DNA of 63,663 nt, the filler included, from Deltaproteobacteria bacterium (GTDB lineage Bacteria > JAUYMQ01), in the NCBI GenBank assembly GCA_030698575.1. It is 9 parts of 9 records of this genome, joined end to end, with 100 filler letters (N's around TTAATTAATTAA, not from the genome) between each part and the next. Parts side by side here need not be neighbours in the genome. Positions count along the whole stretch, not along the records: positions 33,030 to 39,769 come from JAUYMQ010000196.1; positions 39,870 to 42,695 come from JAUYMQ010000205.1; positions 42,796 to 57,809 come from JAUYMQ010000209.1; 6 more parts are not named here. One strand, written 5' to 3'. Below are positions 37,737 to 47,065 of the stretch, piece by piece (the stretch's first letter is position 1; each line of letters begins with the position of its first letter). A program made the position numbers and the translations under genes. The notes under the pieces were generated by a model. The model ran no database searches. It was not told where the DNA came from and worked only from the letters and a program-made list of their open reading frames with translations.

Positions 37737-38997
37737 TGTCTTTCTAGGGCCTGCCCTTTACCGGGTGGCCTATGGCGGGCGTGGTTCGGCCAAGACACGC
37801 TCATTTGCAACGATGTCTGCCGTGATGGGCTATCGGCTGTCCCATGCCGGTGAGCGTGGCGTCATCGTATGTGGCCGCGAGTTCATGAACTCGCTGGCGG
37901 ATAGTTCATTTGCCGAAGTCAAACAGGCGATTGAGGACGAACCGTGGCTTGCCGCCGCGTACGATGTTGGCGCGAATTTCATCCGCACCAAGGACGGCCG
38001 CATTGAGTTTGCCTTTGTCGGGCTGCGCCACAACCTCGCTTCGATCAAGTCAAAGGCCAGAATTTGGGTTTTGTGGGTAGACGAAGCTGAGCGGGTGAGC
38101 GCGACGGCGTGGCAGATCGCCGACAACACGGTGCGCGAGGAAGGCGCTGAAACGTGGGCAACATGGAACCCGGAACGCAAGGGTTCGGCCACGGACCTTC
38201 GCTTTCGCCAGAACCCGCCGCCAGAGTCCAAGATCGTCGAGATGAACTGGCGGGACAATCCGTGGTTCCCATCGACGCTTGAAAAGAAGCGTCTAGCTGA
38301 TCTCGAAAAACGTCCCGACCAATATGCCCATATTTGGGAAGGCGATTACGTGACGGTGGTTGAAGGCGCTTACTTCGCCGCCTCGCTGACCGAAGCCAAG
38401 GCCAAGGGCCGGATCGGCAACGTCTCGCCTGATCCTCTGATGACCTATCGCGCGTTCTGGGACATCGGCGGGACCGGGGCCAAGGCGGACGCCTGTGCGA
38501 TCTGGATAGCCCAGTTCATCGGTCGCGAAATCCGGGCGCTGAACTACTACGAGGCGGTCGGCCAGCCGCTCGCCACGCACGTCGCTTGGCTCAGGGACAA
38601 TGGTTACGGCAAGGCGCTGTGTGTCCTGCCGCACGACGGCGAAACCAACGACAAGGTGTTTGACGTTTCCTACGACAGCGCACTGCAATCCGCGCAGTTC
38701 GAAACCGAAATCATTCCCAATCAGGGCAAGGGCGCGGCCAAGATGCGGATTGAAGCTGCCCGCAGACTGTTCCCGTCGATCTGGTTCAACGCCGGCACGA
38801 CGGAAGCCGGACGGGAAGCGTTGGGCTGGTATCACGAGCGCAAAGATGAAGAGCGCGGCGTCGGGCTTGGCCCCGAACACGACTGGTCGAGTCACGGCGC
38901 AGACGCCTTCGGCCTGATGTGTGTTGCCTATGAAGCGCCGCTGGAGCGGAAGAAGACGCAGCCGGTTCGACATGGACCGGGAGCATGGTTGGGCTGA
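37696..38997 (+). CDS. Terminase large subunit, PBSX family
   Basis: Walker A YGGRGSAKT, Walker B WVDEAE, TWNP, WDIG and HDWSSHGADAF. Confidence 0.95.
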   Translation: MSAVQVHLPPKLVDVFLGPALYRVAYGGRGSAKTRSFATMSAVMGYRLSHAGERGVIVCGREFMNSLADSSFAEVKQAIEDEPWLAAAYDVGANFIRTKDGRIEFAFVGLRHNLASIKSKARIWVLWVDEAERVSATAWQIADNTVREEGAETWATWNPERKGSATDLRFRQNPPPESKIVEMNWRDNPWFPSTLEKKRLADLEKRPDQYAHIWEGDYVTVVEGAYFAASLTEAKAKGRIGNVSPDPLMTYRAFWDIGGTGAKADACAIWIAQFIGREIRALNYYEAVGQPLATHVAWLRDNGYGKALCVLPHDGETNDKVFDVSYDSALQSAQFETEIIPNQGKGAAKMRIEAARRLFPSIWFNAGTTEAGREALGWYHERKDEERGVGLGPEHDWSSHGADAFGLMCVAYEAPLERKKTQPVRHGPGAWLG

Positions 38998-39003
38998 TCT
39001 AGC

Positions 39004-39240
39004 CTAGCCTGATGTGAGTTTCGCCAGAGCGCGAAAGTGAATCTGGTGTGCTCGCGCTGGTGACAGGCCGAGTGTGGCAGCGATAGCTTTATAGGTCTGA
39101 GGGCGTCGAGCAGTACGCGCGGTATAGATCAGTCGCTCGCGCTTACTAAGCGCTGCCAATGCTTCTGGTGTTGGTGTTAGTGCCGCCGCCTTTGCTCTCA
39201 CCGACTGGATGTATCGCTCGCGCTCATTCGTGGTGGGCAT
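39004..39240 (-). CDS. Small sigma70-region-4-like HTH protein (moron)
   Basis: LSKRERLIY..QTYKAIAATLGLSPARAHQIHFRALAKL. Has its own promoter, TTGCCA-17-TACTTT (39293-39265). Confidence 0.7.
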   Translation of the reverse strand: MPTTNERERYIQSVRAKAAALTPTPEALAALSKRERLIYTARTARRPQTYKAIAATLGLSPARAHQIHFRALAKLTSG

Positions 39241-39337
39241 CGTGCTATTTCCTTGTCTGCCAACAAAGTAACAGTGACGGACGAAAATGGCAAAGGCCAA
39301 GCCCGTGCATCACGGGCCGGGAGCATGGTTGGGTTAG

Positions 39338-39769
39338 ATGGCAAAGACCGCCGCCAAAAAGAAAACGTCCGACGACGATCTGCTCCACGCCGGCCGTGAG
39401 GCGTTCGAGAAGTGCGTCGATGCCGAGCGCGACAACCGCCGTACTGCACTAGAGGATATCCGCTTCGCCCGTGAGGGCGTGCAGTGGCCCGACAACATCC
39501 GCAAGCAGCGCGAGAAAGAAGGGCGTCCCTGTCTCACCATCAGCAAGCTCCCGGCGTTCATTCGTCAGGTCGTCAACGACGCCCGCCAGAACAAGCCCGG
39601 CATTAAGGTCAGGCCGGTAGACTCCGGAGCCGACATCAAGGTCGCCGACATCATGTCGGGCCTGATCCGCAACATCGAATATTCCTCGAACGCCGACGTG
39701 GCCTACGACACGGCGGTTGAGTGCGCCGTGACCGGCGGCATCGGCTATGTCCGGATCGGCATGGACTAC
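39338..39769 (+). CDS. Portal protein, P22-like (3'-partial)
   Basis: QWP...R...GRPCLTISKL..RQVVNDARQNKP and AV..GIGYVRI. Confidence 0.9.
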
Positions 39770-39869
39770 NNNNNNNNNNNNNNNNNNNNNNNNNNNNNNN
39801 NNNNNNNNNNNNNTTAATTAATTAANNNNNNNNNNNNNNNNNNNNNNNNNNNNNNNNNNNNNNNNNNNN

Positions 39870-40024
39870 TAGGGCACCCCTTCATAGCGGGCCTGGATGT
39901 AAGGGGTCGGCTGGAGCCCGATCGGTGTGGGCCCGAGCGCAACCCGCTCGGCGGGCGCTCCCAGCCAGGTCGCGGCCGTGGGCTCCATCAGATCAGGTGC
40001 GCTGCTCTTCTGCGCCGTCAGCAT
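39870..40024 (-). CDS. Ethylbenzene-dehydrogenase-type gamma (haem b) subunit, N-terminal fragment
   Basis: P.A.TW..AP..RVALGPTPIGLQPTPYI resembles EbdC/S25dC N-termini. GGAGG RBS. Confidence 0.55.
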
Positions 40025-40581
40025 GTTTCACCTCCTGTGGTCTCCCGGGCGAAGGCGGGCGCCTTGCTCTCCCGCGTCCTGGGAAGACCGAATCTGAACG
40101 TCCCCCGCACCTTCGCCCAGAGCAGGCGCCTGATCCAGACGAGGTGCGCGACGAGTATGGCGAGCGCCGTGTAGGTGAGGACCTGGTGCACCCAGAGCGA
40201 GGCATCGACCAGCCTCGGCATCCCGCGCGGGCCCCACCAGAGGACGGCGCCGGTCGCTGTGAAGCCGACGCATCCGACGATCGCCGCCCAGAGGTTCGCC
40301 CGCCGGACGGTGCGGCCGTTGCGCCGCGAGGCGCGCTTCCAGGATTCCCGCCACAGGGTCGACCCGATCCATGCGAGCGCCAGGATGGGCGCGGCGCCGA
40401 AGATCACGCCGCCCCAGCGATGGATATCCTGCAGGAGCATGCCGTAACCCCCGAGGAGCGTCGCGCGCCATTCCGGAAACTGGAACAGCAGGCCGGTCAC
40501 GAGCAGCATCAGGAAGTTGGTCGCGTGCAGGGCGTGTAGCGATTTTCGGGCCGGCCGGGAATGCTTGGCTTGCGATTTCAC
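40018..40581 (-). CDS. Di-haem cytochrome b (FdnI/HyaC-like) membrane protein
   Basis: Four TM segments with His at LHA, IHRWGG, VHQ and AHL. Confidence 0.78.
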   Translation of the reverse strand: MKSQAKHSRPARKSLHALHATNFLMLLVTGLLFQFPEWRATLLGGYGMLLQDIHRWGGVIFGAAPILALAWIGSTLWRESWKRASRRNGRTVRRANLWAAIVGCVGFTATGAVLWWGPRGMPRLVDASLWVHQVLTYTALAILVAHLVWIRRLLWAKVRGTFRFGLPRTRESKAPAFARETTGGETC

Positions 40582-42695
40582 GCCTTCTCCATTTCGACCC
40601 GCGTGGCGCGATCAGCCTGCGTCGGCTGCCAGTTCCAGCGCCAGAAGTTCAGGTGGCCGTAGCCGCCCGCCATGTGCAGGTACTTGATCATGCCGGGTAT
40701 GGCGACGTCGTAGGACTTGCCGCCGGGGAACTGATAGGGCTCGTAGGCGTGGTAAATGATGACCTCTCCGGGCTGGACGGAGGGCCCGACGGCCACGTCC
40801 ACATGGAACTCGGCGTAGTCGTTGAACACCCGGACACGATCGTTGTCCTTGATGCCGCGCTTTCCCGCGTCGCCGGGGTTGATGAAGAGCGTGGGCTTCC
40901 CGCGGTGCGCGCGGAGGATGATGTCGTTAGTGATCCAGATGGAGTGAATGCTCCAGCGCTGGTGGCCGCTGAGCATCGCGAGCGGATAGTTGCCGCCCAT
41001 GGCCGGGTTGTCCTTGTGAACCGGTAGCGCCTCCCCCGCCTCGATGAACCACGGGTGATCGATGAAGAATTGCGCGCGGCGCGAGTAGGTCGGGTAGGGG
41101 ATCTTCTTCTCCGTGTGCCAGGTGAGCGGGTTGAGCGTCTTGTCCGGCTTCACGTCGGCCGAGACGTTCAGGGCCACGGGATCGTACTTCCCGAGTCCGA
41201 CCATCCGGACGATCCCCTTGTCCCGGTAGGTCTGGAGCGTCGTGCCCTTGGGGAAAAATCCCTCGCGCACGGAGTCGGCCACGAACATTTCGAGGACCTT
41301 CTCGTTCTGCTTCTCGGTGATCTGCCCGCCGAAGGTGTACTCCTTGTAGAGATCCGAGTACTTCCCCTTTCGCCTGAGCGAGCGGGAGAGCCCGGGAAGC
41401 GCCAGTTCGACCGCCTGCTGGAAGAGATCATCCCCGAGCAGCTTGTGGGCCTTCTGAAGGGGCGCCGGGAGGAGATCGAGCATGGTCTTGGTGATCTCGC
41501 GCTTTCGCCGGAATTCATCGAGGCCCCGGCGCTTGGCGACTTCGCCGATCTTGCCCGCCAGGAGCCCGAACATCTCCCACTCGGTCTTGGTGTCGCCCAG
41601 CGGCTTGACCGCCTCGTCGGTGAAGGTGTTGAAGGTGACGCTCGGCGTGAAGAAGCGGAAGTCGGCCCGCTCGTAGAACCAGGCGGGCGGGAGGACGATG
41701 TCGGAGTGGCGGCAGGTCTGGCTCATTCGCGGGTCGACCGAAACGATGAGCTTCACCTTCGGCCAGAGCACGCCGAGCAGCTGCTTCTGCCCCCCTCGCG
41801 TGCGGCGGACGGTGCTTCCCGCGACGCCGACGAGCACCTGGGGCACGTGATCGGCCGTCGGCTCCGTGTATCCGGTCCACCACCCCTTCGCGATTGCCTC
41901 ATCCCAGTACTCGGAGAACGGGCGCTTCATGCCGGGCTCGGACCAGGCCTGGTTTTCCCACACCTTGTCGTAGCCGGCGTGCGTGTGCCAGTAGAAGATC
42001 GGCGGTGCGTAGCCGGCAATGGATCCGAGAATGCGCTCGCGCTCGATGGAGACCATCTCCTGCGTGAGAGTCGGGTCCCGCTCGAGGATCCGCTCATTCA
42101 GCTCGTTGATCGTCCCCTCGACGCGCTCCGCGTCATCCTCGGTCGCCTCACGGCGGCCCCAGAAGATATGCTTGGCGTCAGCTGTTTCATTCCAGCCGCG
42201 GGTCCCGGTGCCCTGCTTGCCCCAGTTGCCGGTGAGGGCGAGCAGGAGGCACATCGCGCGCTCCATCAGATCGCCGTGGTAAAACTTCGCGCTGTTCCAG
42301 CCGAGGAGCAGATGGGTTTTCTTCGCGGCCACCTTGCGGCCGAGGCTCCTGATCAGCTCCGGATTGGTTCCGCAGATCGCTGACGCCTTCTCCGGGGTGT
42401 AATCGGAATCGAGCAGCTGGCGGAGGCTGGTCATGACCGGTTCCGCCTCGACGGTTTCTCCGCCGACGAGTGTCGCCGTGGCCGTGCCCGAGAGCGCCGG
42501 AACGACGGCGCCGGCGTCGAGCGTGCCGAGCGGTGCGGGCACCACCTTCCCCGTCTTCTCGTCGAGCCAGTAAAGCTGATCCTCGCGGCCGCCTTCCTTC
42601 AGATCACTCTCGCGCAGGTACTTGCCCGTGTCCTTCCGGACGAGCATGGGAAGATCGGTCTGTTCCCGGACGAAGGCCTTGTCGAGCAGATCCTC
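40578..42695 (-). CDS. Type II DMSO-reductase-family molybdoenzyme alpha subunit, EbdA/S25dA-like (5'-partial)
   Basis: TDLPMLVR, KFYHGDLMERAMCLLLALTGNWGK, RAQFFIDHPWF, SGHQRWSIH and YHAYEPYQF. Confidence 0.88.
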   Translation of the reverse strand, partial: EDLLDKAFVREQTDLPMLVRKDTGKYLRESDLKEGGREDQLYWLDEKTGKVVPAPLGTLDAGAVVPALSGTATATLVGGETVEAEPVMTSLRQLLDSDYTPEKASAICGTNPELIRSLGRKVAAKKTHLLLGWNSAKFYHGDLMERAMCLLLALTGNWGKQGTGTRGWNETADAKHIFWGRREATEDDAERVEGTINELNERILERDPTLTQEMVSIERERILGSIAGYAPPIFYWHTHAGYDKVWENQAWSEPGMKRPFSEYWDEAIAKGWWTGYTEPTADHVPQVLVGVAGSTVRRTRGGQKQLLGVLWPKVKLIVSVDPRMSQTCRHSDIVLPPAWFYERADFRFFTPSVTFNTFTDEAVKPLGDTKTEWEMFGLLAGKIGEVAKRRGLDEFRRKREITKTMLDLLPAPLQKAHKLLGDDLFQQAVELALPGLSRSLRRKGKYSDLYKEYTFGGQITEKQNEKVLEMFVADSVREGFFPKGTTLQTYRDKGIVRMVGLGKYDPVALNVSADVKPDKTLNPLTWHTEKKIPYPTYSRRAQFFIDHPWFIEAGEALPVHKDNPAMGGNYPLAMLSGHQRWSIHSIWITNDIILRAHRGKPTLFINPGDAGKRGIKDNDRVRVFNDYAEFHVDVAVGPSVQPGEVIIYHAYEPYQFPGGKSYDVAIPGMIKYLHMAGGYGHLNFWRWNWQPTQADRATRVEMEKA

Positions 42696-42795
42696 NNNNN
42701 NNNNNNNNNNNNNNNNNNNNNNNNNNNNNNNNNNNNNNNTTAATTAATTAANNNNNNNNNNNNNNNNNNNNNNNNNNNNNNNNNNNNNNNNNNNN

Positions 42796-42927
42796 GCGCT
42801 CTGCCGGGAGGATTGTCAGGGCCTTTGCACCTCCTGCGGCGCCGATCTGAACGTGAACGCCTGCGATTGCGTCCGGCAGGAAGGCTTCTCGAAACTCGGG
42901 AAGCTGCGCGATCTTCGAACGCGATAA
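42796..42927 (+). CDS. YceD/DUF177 protein C-terminus (5'-partial)
   Basis: LCREDCQGLCTSCGADLN..CDC, upstream of rpmF. Confidence 0.85.
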   Translation, partial: ALCREDCQGLCTSCGADLNVNACDCVRQEGFSKLGKLRDLRTR

Positions 42928-42953
42928 CGAACATCACCTCAGGGAGTCGAGCG

Positions 42954-43136
42954 TTGCCCAATCCGACACGAAGGTTTAGCCGATCCAGGCGCGACAAGCG
43001 CCGGACGCATCAAAAGCTTACGGCGCCGAACGTCATCTCTTGCCCACAGTGCACCGAGCCCACGCTCCCGCATCGTGTTTGCCGGCATTGCGGCTACTAC
43101 AAGAGCCGCGAGGTCGTCACGATCGAGGAGAGCTGA
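42954..43136 (+). CDS. rpmF: 50S ribosomal protein L32
   Basis: P.RR.SRSRRDKRRTH..CPQC..PHRVCRHCGYY. Confidence 0.95.
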   Translation: MPNPTRRFSRSRRDKRRTHQKLTAPNVISCPQCTEPTLPHRVCRHCGYYKSREVVTIEES

Positions 43137-43191
43137 CGAACCGGTCGCGGTCCGGCAGGCAGTGTTCCCCGCGGAACAGAGGAGCTTTCCC

Positions 43192-44175
43192 TTGACGAAG
43201 GCTGCGTTCCTCTTTCCGGGACAGGGATCGCAGATCGTCGGCATGGGGGGCGATCTGTGCCAGGCCTTCGAGCCGGCTCGCAGCTACTTCGCGCGCGCGT
43301 CCGAAGTCCTCGGATTCGATCTCTCGCGCCTGTGCTTCGAGGATCCCGGGGAGACCCTTCAGCTCACAGCGAACCTCCAGCCGGCCCTGCTGACCACGAG
43401 CGTGGCGGCCTGGGCGGCGCTCGAACTGCACTCGGGCCTCCGCCCCGCTTTCGTGGCCGGGCACAGCCTGGGAGAGTGGAGCGCGCTGGTCGCCGCGGGT
43501 GCGCTTGCCTTCGAGGACGCGGTGCGCCTGGTTCGCCTGCGCGGGGCCGCCATGCAGGAAGCGGTGCCTCCCGGAAAGGGCGCGATGAGCGCGGTGCTCG
43601 GCCTCAGCGGAGAGATCGTGTCGGCGCTTTGCGCGCGCGTGACGAATGAACTGGGCAGCGACGGCGTGGTTGTGCCCGCGAACTTCAACGGCGCGGGGCA
43701 GGTCGTGATCAGCGGAACCCGGGACGCGGTCGAGCGCGCCTCGGCGGTGCTGAAGGCGAACGGAGCGAAGCGGGTGATGCCGCTTCCGGTGAGTGCGCCC
43801 TTCCATTCACCCCTCATGAAGAGCGCCGCAGGCCGGCTCGAGGCGGCCCTCGACGGCGTGATCATCGCGGCGCCCCGTGTGCCCGTCGTCTGCAATGTTG
43901 ACGGACGCGCCTGCTCGGACCCCGGGGAACTGCGGAGGGCGCTCGTCGATCAGGTGGCCGCCCCCGTCCAGTGGGAAGCCTGTCTGGGCGAGATGGCGGG
44001 CAAGGGCGTGACCCACTTCGTCGAGGTGGGGCCGGGGAAAGTCCTGAGTGGGATCACGAAGCGGGTTGTCCCCGGCGCGCGCACCTCGCTCTCGGGTCGG
44101 GCGGATGACATCCGGGCGCTTGCCGCGGAGTTTCCCCGGGACGGCGAACCGCGCGGCGTGGAGGCCGGAGCGTGA
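43192..44175 (+). CDS. fabD: Malonyl-CoA:ACP transacylase
   Basis: FPGQGSQ, GHSLGE, VSAPFHS and EVGPG. Confidence 0.96.
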   Translation: MTKAAFLFPGQGSQIVGMGGDLCQAFEPARSYFARASEVLGFDLSRLCFEDPGETLQLTANLQPALLTTSVAAWAALELHSGLRPAFVAGHSLGEWSALVAAGALAFEDAVRLVRLRGAAMQEAVPPGKGAMSAVLGLSGEIVSALCARVTNELGSDGVVVPANFNGAGQVVISGTRDAVERASAVLKANGAKRVMPLPVSAPFHSPLMKSAAGRLEAALDGVIIAAPRVPVVCNVDGRACSDPGELRRALVDQVAAPVQWEACLGEMAGKGVTHFVEVGPGKVLSGITKRVVPGARTSLSGRADDIRALAAEFPRDGEPRGVEAGA

Positions 44176-44912
44176 AGCACGCAGGGCGCATCATCGCGCT
44201 CACGGGCGGGTCGCGCGGCATCGGCCGCGCGATCACCGAGAGGCTGGCCGCCGAGGGCGCGCACGTGGTCTTCACTTACGTGAAGGATGCGGCGGCCGCC
44301 CGGAAGACCCTCGACGCCATCAAGGAGGCGGGCGGGAGCGCCGAAGCGGCGCAGCTAGAAGTCAGCGACTTCGAGGCGTCCCAGAGCTTCTTCAAGGATC
44401 TGGTCGGCCGCCACGGGCGTATCGACGGACTGGTGAACAACGCGGGCGTGACGGCGGACAACCTGCTTCTCCGGATGAAAGAGGAGGAGTGGGACCGCGT
44501 GATGAACGTAAACCTGAAGGGCGCCTTCAACTGCGCGCGCGCCGCCGCCCGCTACATGGTGAAGGCCCGGTCCGGGAAAATCGTGAACCTCACCAGCGTG
44601 GTGGCGGTCACCGGCAATCCGGGCCAGTCGAACTACGCTGCGAGCAAGGCCGGGATCATCGGATTCACCCGGGCGCTTTCACACGAGCTTGCAAGCCGGG
44701 CCATCACGGTCAATGCCGTGGCGCCGGGGTTCATCGACACCGACATGACCGCGGGACTGCCCGGGAAGGTGAGGGAGGAGCTACTCTCGCGCATTCCGCT
44801 CGGGCGCCTGGGGACAGTAGGGGAAGTGGCGTCCATTGTGAGCTTTCTGCTCTCGGGGGACGCGGGCTACATAACTGGGCAGGTGATCCACGTGAACGGG
44901 GGAATCTGCTAG
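44172..44912 (+). CDS. fabG: 3-oxoacyl-ACP reductase
   Basis: TGGSRGIG, NNAGVTADNLLLRM, NYAASKAG and PGFIDTDMT. Confidence 0.96.
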   Translation: MKHAGRIIALTGGSRGIGRAITERLAAEGAHVVFTYVKDAAAARKTLDAIKEAGGSAEAAQLEVSDFEASQSFFKDLVGRHGRIDGLVNNAGVTADNLLLRMKEEEWDRVMNVNLKGAFNCARAAARYMVKARSGKIVNLTSVVAVTGNPGQSNYAASKAGIIGFTRALSHELASRAITVNAVAPGFIDTDMTAGLPGKVREELLSRIPLGRLGTVGEVASIVSFLLSGDAGYITGQVIHVNGGIC

Positions 44913-44940
44913 GGCGGCGCGGCTGCCACGCCACGCCCGC

Positions 44941-44990
44941 TCAAGCCTGGCCAAGCCTGGCCAAGCGTGGTCAAGCCTGGCCATGCCTGC
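44941..44990. repeat. 10-bp intergenic tandem repeat (5 copies) upstream of acpP
   Basis: tcaagcctgg ccaagcctgg ccaagcgtgg tcaagcctgg ccatgcctgc. Confidence 0.85.
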
Positions 44991-45031
44991 TGGATTGACG
45001 GCCGGATCACGGCCTACAAGGAGGATGCTGG

Positions 45032-45268
45032 ATGGCAATCGAAGAGCGAGTGAAGGAGATCATCGTCGAGCAGCTCGGGGTGAACGAGGAAGAAGTTATC
45101 CCCGAAGCGTCGTTCATCGATGACCTCGGCGCTGATTCTCTGGATATCGTCGAGCTCGTGATGGCCATGGAAGAAGAGTTCGACATGGAGATTCCCGACG
45201 AGGACGCGGAGAAGATCCAGACGATCCAGGACGCCATCAACTACATCAAGGCCAAGGGGCACGCCTGA
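45032..45268 (+). CDS. acpP: Acyl carrier protein
   Basis: [15 protein letters not shown]. Confidence 0.98.
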   Translation: MAIEERVKEIIVEQLGVNEEEVIPEASFIDDLGADSLDIVELVMAMEEEFDMEIPDEDAEKIQTIQDAINYIKAKGHA

Positions 45269-45281
45269 CGAGGGCACCGTC

Positions 45282-46580
45282 ATGAGGCGCCGCGTGGTGA
45301 TCACGGGCCTGGGGGCCGTCACGCCCCTGGGAACAACCGTTTCCGAGACCTGGGCAGGCATCTGCGCCGGCAAGTCCGGGATTGGGCCCATCACCCGTTT
45401 CCCCGCCGCCGACCTCGGCTATCCCACCCGCATCGCGGGAGAGCTGCGGGGCTTCGATCCGCTCACCTACCTCGACAGGAAGGAAGTCCGGCGCGCGGAT
45501 CGCTTCGTGCAGTACGCCGTGGTCAGCGCCATCATGGCCATGGAGGATGCCGGCCTGAAAGTCACGCCCGAGACCGCCCCGCGCATAGGCACCGTGATCG
45601 GCACCGGCTACGGCGGGCTCGAGACAACCTGGCACGCGGCGCGGACCCTCCTGGGCGCCGGCGCCGACGAGCTGGTGCCTCCCTCCGGGCCGATCAAGGA
45701 CGCCTGGCGGAAGCTTTCCCCCTTCACAGTGCCGATGGGCATCCCGAACATGGCCGCCGGCCAGGCCTCGATCCGGCTCGGTCTCAAGGGTCCCAACGGC
45801 TGCACTGCCACCGCCTGTGCAGCCGGGACGCACGCCATCGGCGACGCATTCAAGCTCATCCAGCGCGGCACTTGCGATGCCGCGGTGGCGGGCGGCGCGG
45901 AGGCCCCGGTGACGGCCCTTTCGATCGGCGCCTTTTGCGCGATGCGGGCGATGAGCACCCGGAACGAGACTCCCGAGTCGGCGAGCCGCCCCTTCGATCG
46001 CACGCGCGACGGATTTGTGATGGGCGAAGGCGCGGGGATCGTCGTCCTCGAGGAACTGACGCAGGCCCTCGATCGCGGCGCCCGGATCTATGCCGAGGTA
46101 ATGGGCTACGGGCTCACCGGCGATGCCTACCACATGACCAGCCCGCCCGAGGACAGCGACGGCACCAAGCGGTGCATGCGGATGGCGCTGGAGGACGCCC
46201 GAATGAGCCCCGACGAGATCGACTACATCAATGCCCACGGCACCGCGACGACCTTCAACGATGTTCTCGAAACGCAGTCGATCAAGGAAGTCTTTGGCGA
46301 TCACGCATACAGCCTCGCGGTGAGCAGCACCAAGTCGATGACCGGCCACCTGCTTGGCGGAGCGGGGGGAATCGAGGCGATCTTCTCGGCCCTGGCCCTC
46401 CATGAAGGAACGCTACCGCCCACCATGAACCTCGACGATCCCGACGACGGCTGCGATCTCGACTACGTTGTCGGCGCCGCGAGGCGGCGCGATCCCGAGG
46501 CGGTGCTCTCGAACTCCTTCGGTTTCGGCGGCACCAACGCCTGCCTGGCGCTTTCGAAATTCCAGGAGCGCGAACGTTGA
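45282..46580 (+). CDS. fabF: Beta-ketoacyl-ACP synthase II
   Basis: [20 protein letters not shown] and [10 protein letters not shown]. Confidence 0.96.
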   Translation: MRRRVVITGLGAVTPLGTTVSETWAGICAGKSGIGPITRFPAADLGYPTRIAGELRGFDPLTYLDRKEVRRADRFVQYAVVSAIMAMEDAGLKVTPETAPRIGTVIGTGYGGLETTWHAARTLLGAGADELVPPSGPIKDAWRKLSPFTVPMGIPNMAAGQASIRLGLKGPNGCTATACAAGTHAIGDAFKLIQRGTCDAAVAGGAEAPVTALSIGAFCAMRAMSTRNETPESASRPFDRTRDGFVMGEGAGIVVLEELTQALDRGARIYAEVMGYGLTGDAYHMTSPPEDSDGTKRCMRMALEDARMSPDEIDYINAHGTATTFNDVLETQSIKEVFGDHAYSLAVSSTKSMTGHLLGGAGGIEAIFSALALHEGTLPPTMNLDDPDDGCDLDYVVGAARRRDPEAVLSNSFGFGGTNACLALSKFQERER

Positions 46581-47050
46581 AGCTCGCAATTGCCAGCGAT
46601 CACGCGGGGGTCAACCTCAAGCAGCTTCTGATGGATCACCTGGCGGGGCGCGGCGGGTTCGACGTTCATGACTTCGGGGTCTTCGACGCCTCGCCCTCGG
46701 ACTACCCGGACTACGCACGCAAGGTGGCCGAGAGCCTTCTCTCCGGCGCCTCCGAGCGCGGCATCCTGGTCTGCGGCTCGGGCGTGGGAATGAGCGTGGC
46801 GGCGAACAAGTATCCGGGGATCCGCGCGGCGGTCATCGACGGCGTCGATACGGCCCGCCAGGCGCGGGCGCATGTTGATACGAACGTGGCGGTTTTCGGT
46901 GAGCGGCAGATCACGGCCGACAAGGCGCTGCCGGCCCTCGACGCCTGGCTCGACACCGCCTTCGAGGGAGGGCGTCACAAGCGGCGCGTCGACAAGATCA
47001 GCGAAATCGAACGGGAGGTCCGCGGCCACGACGGCAAGAACAATTCATAG
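46577..47050 (+). CDS. rpiB: Ribose-5-phosphate isomerase B
   Basis: SDHAG, DYPD, CGSGVG and FEGGRH. Confidence 0.93.
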   Translation: MKLAIASDHAGVNLKQLLMDHLAGRGGFDVHDFGVFDASPSDYPDYARKVAESLLSGASERGILVCGSGVGMSVAANKYPGIRAAVIDGVDTARQARAHVDTNVAVFGERQITADKALPALDAWLDTAFEGGRHKRRVDKISEIEREVRGHDGKNNS

Positions 47051-47065
47051 TCCTGAGGGGTTCAC

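Larger units (their letters stand above)
33030..39769 (+). mobile_element. Temperate phage fragment of alphaproteobacterial type (early/replication to packaging region)
   Basis: Contains GcrA, small overlapping ORFs, terminase small and large subunits and a P22-like portal. Confidence 0.92.
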
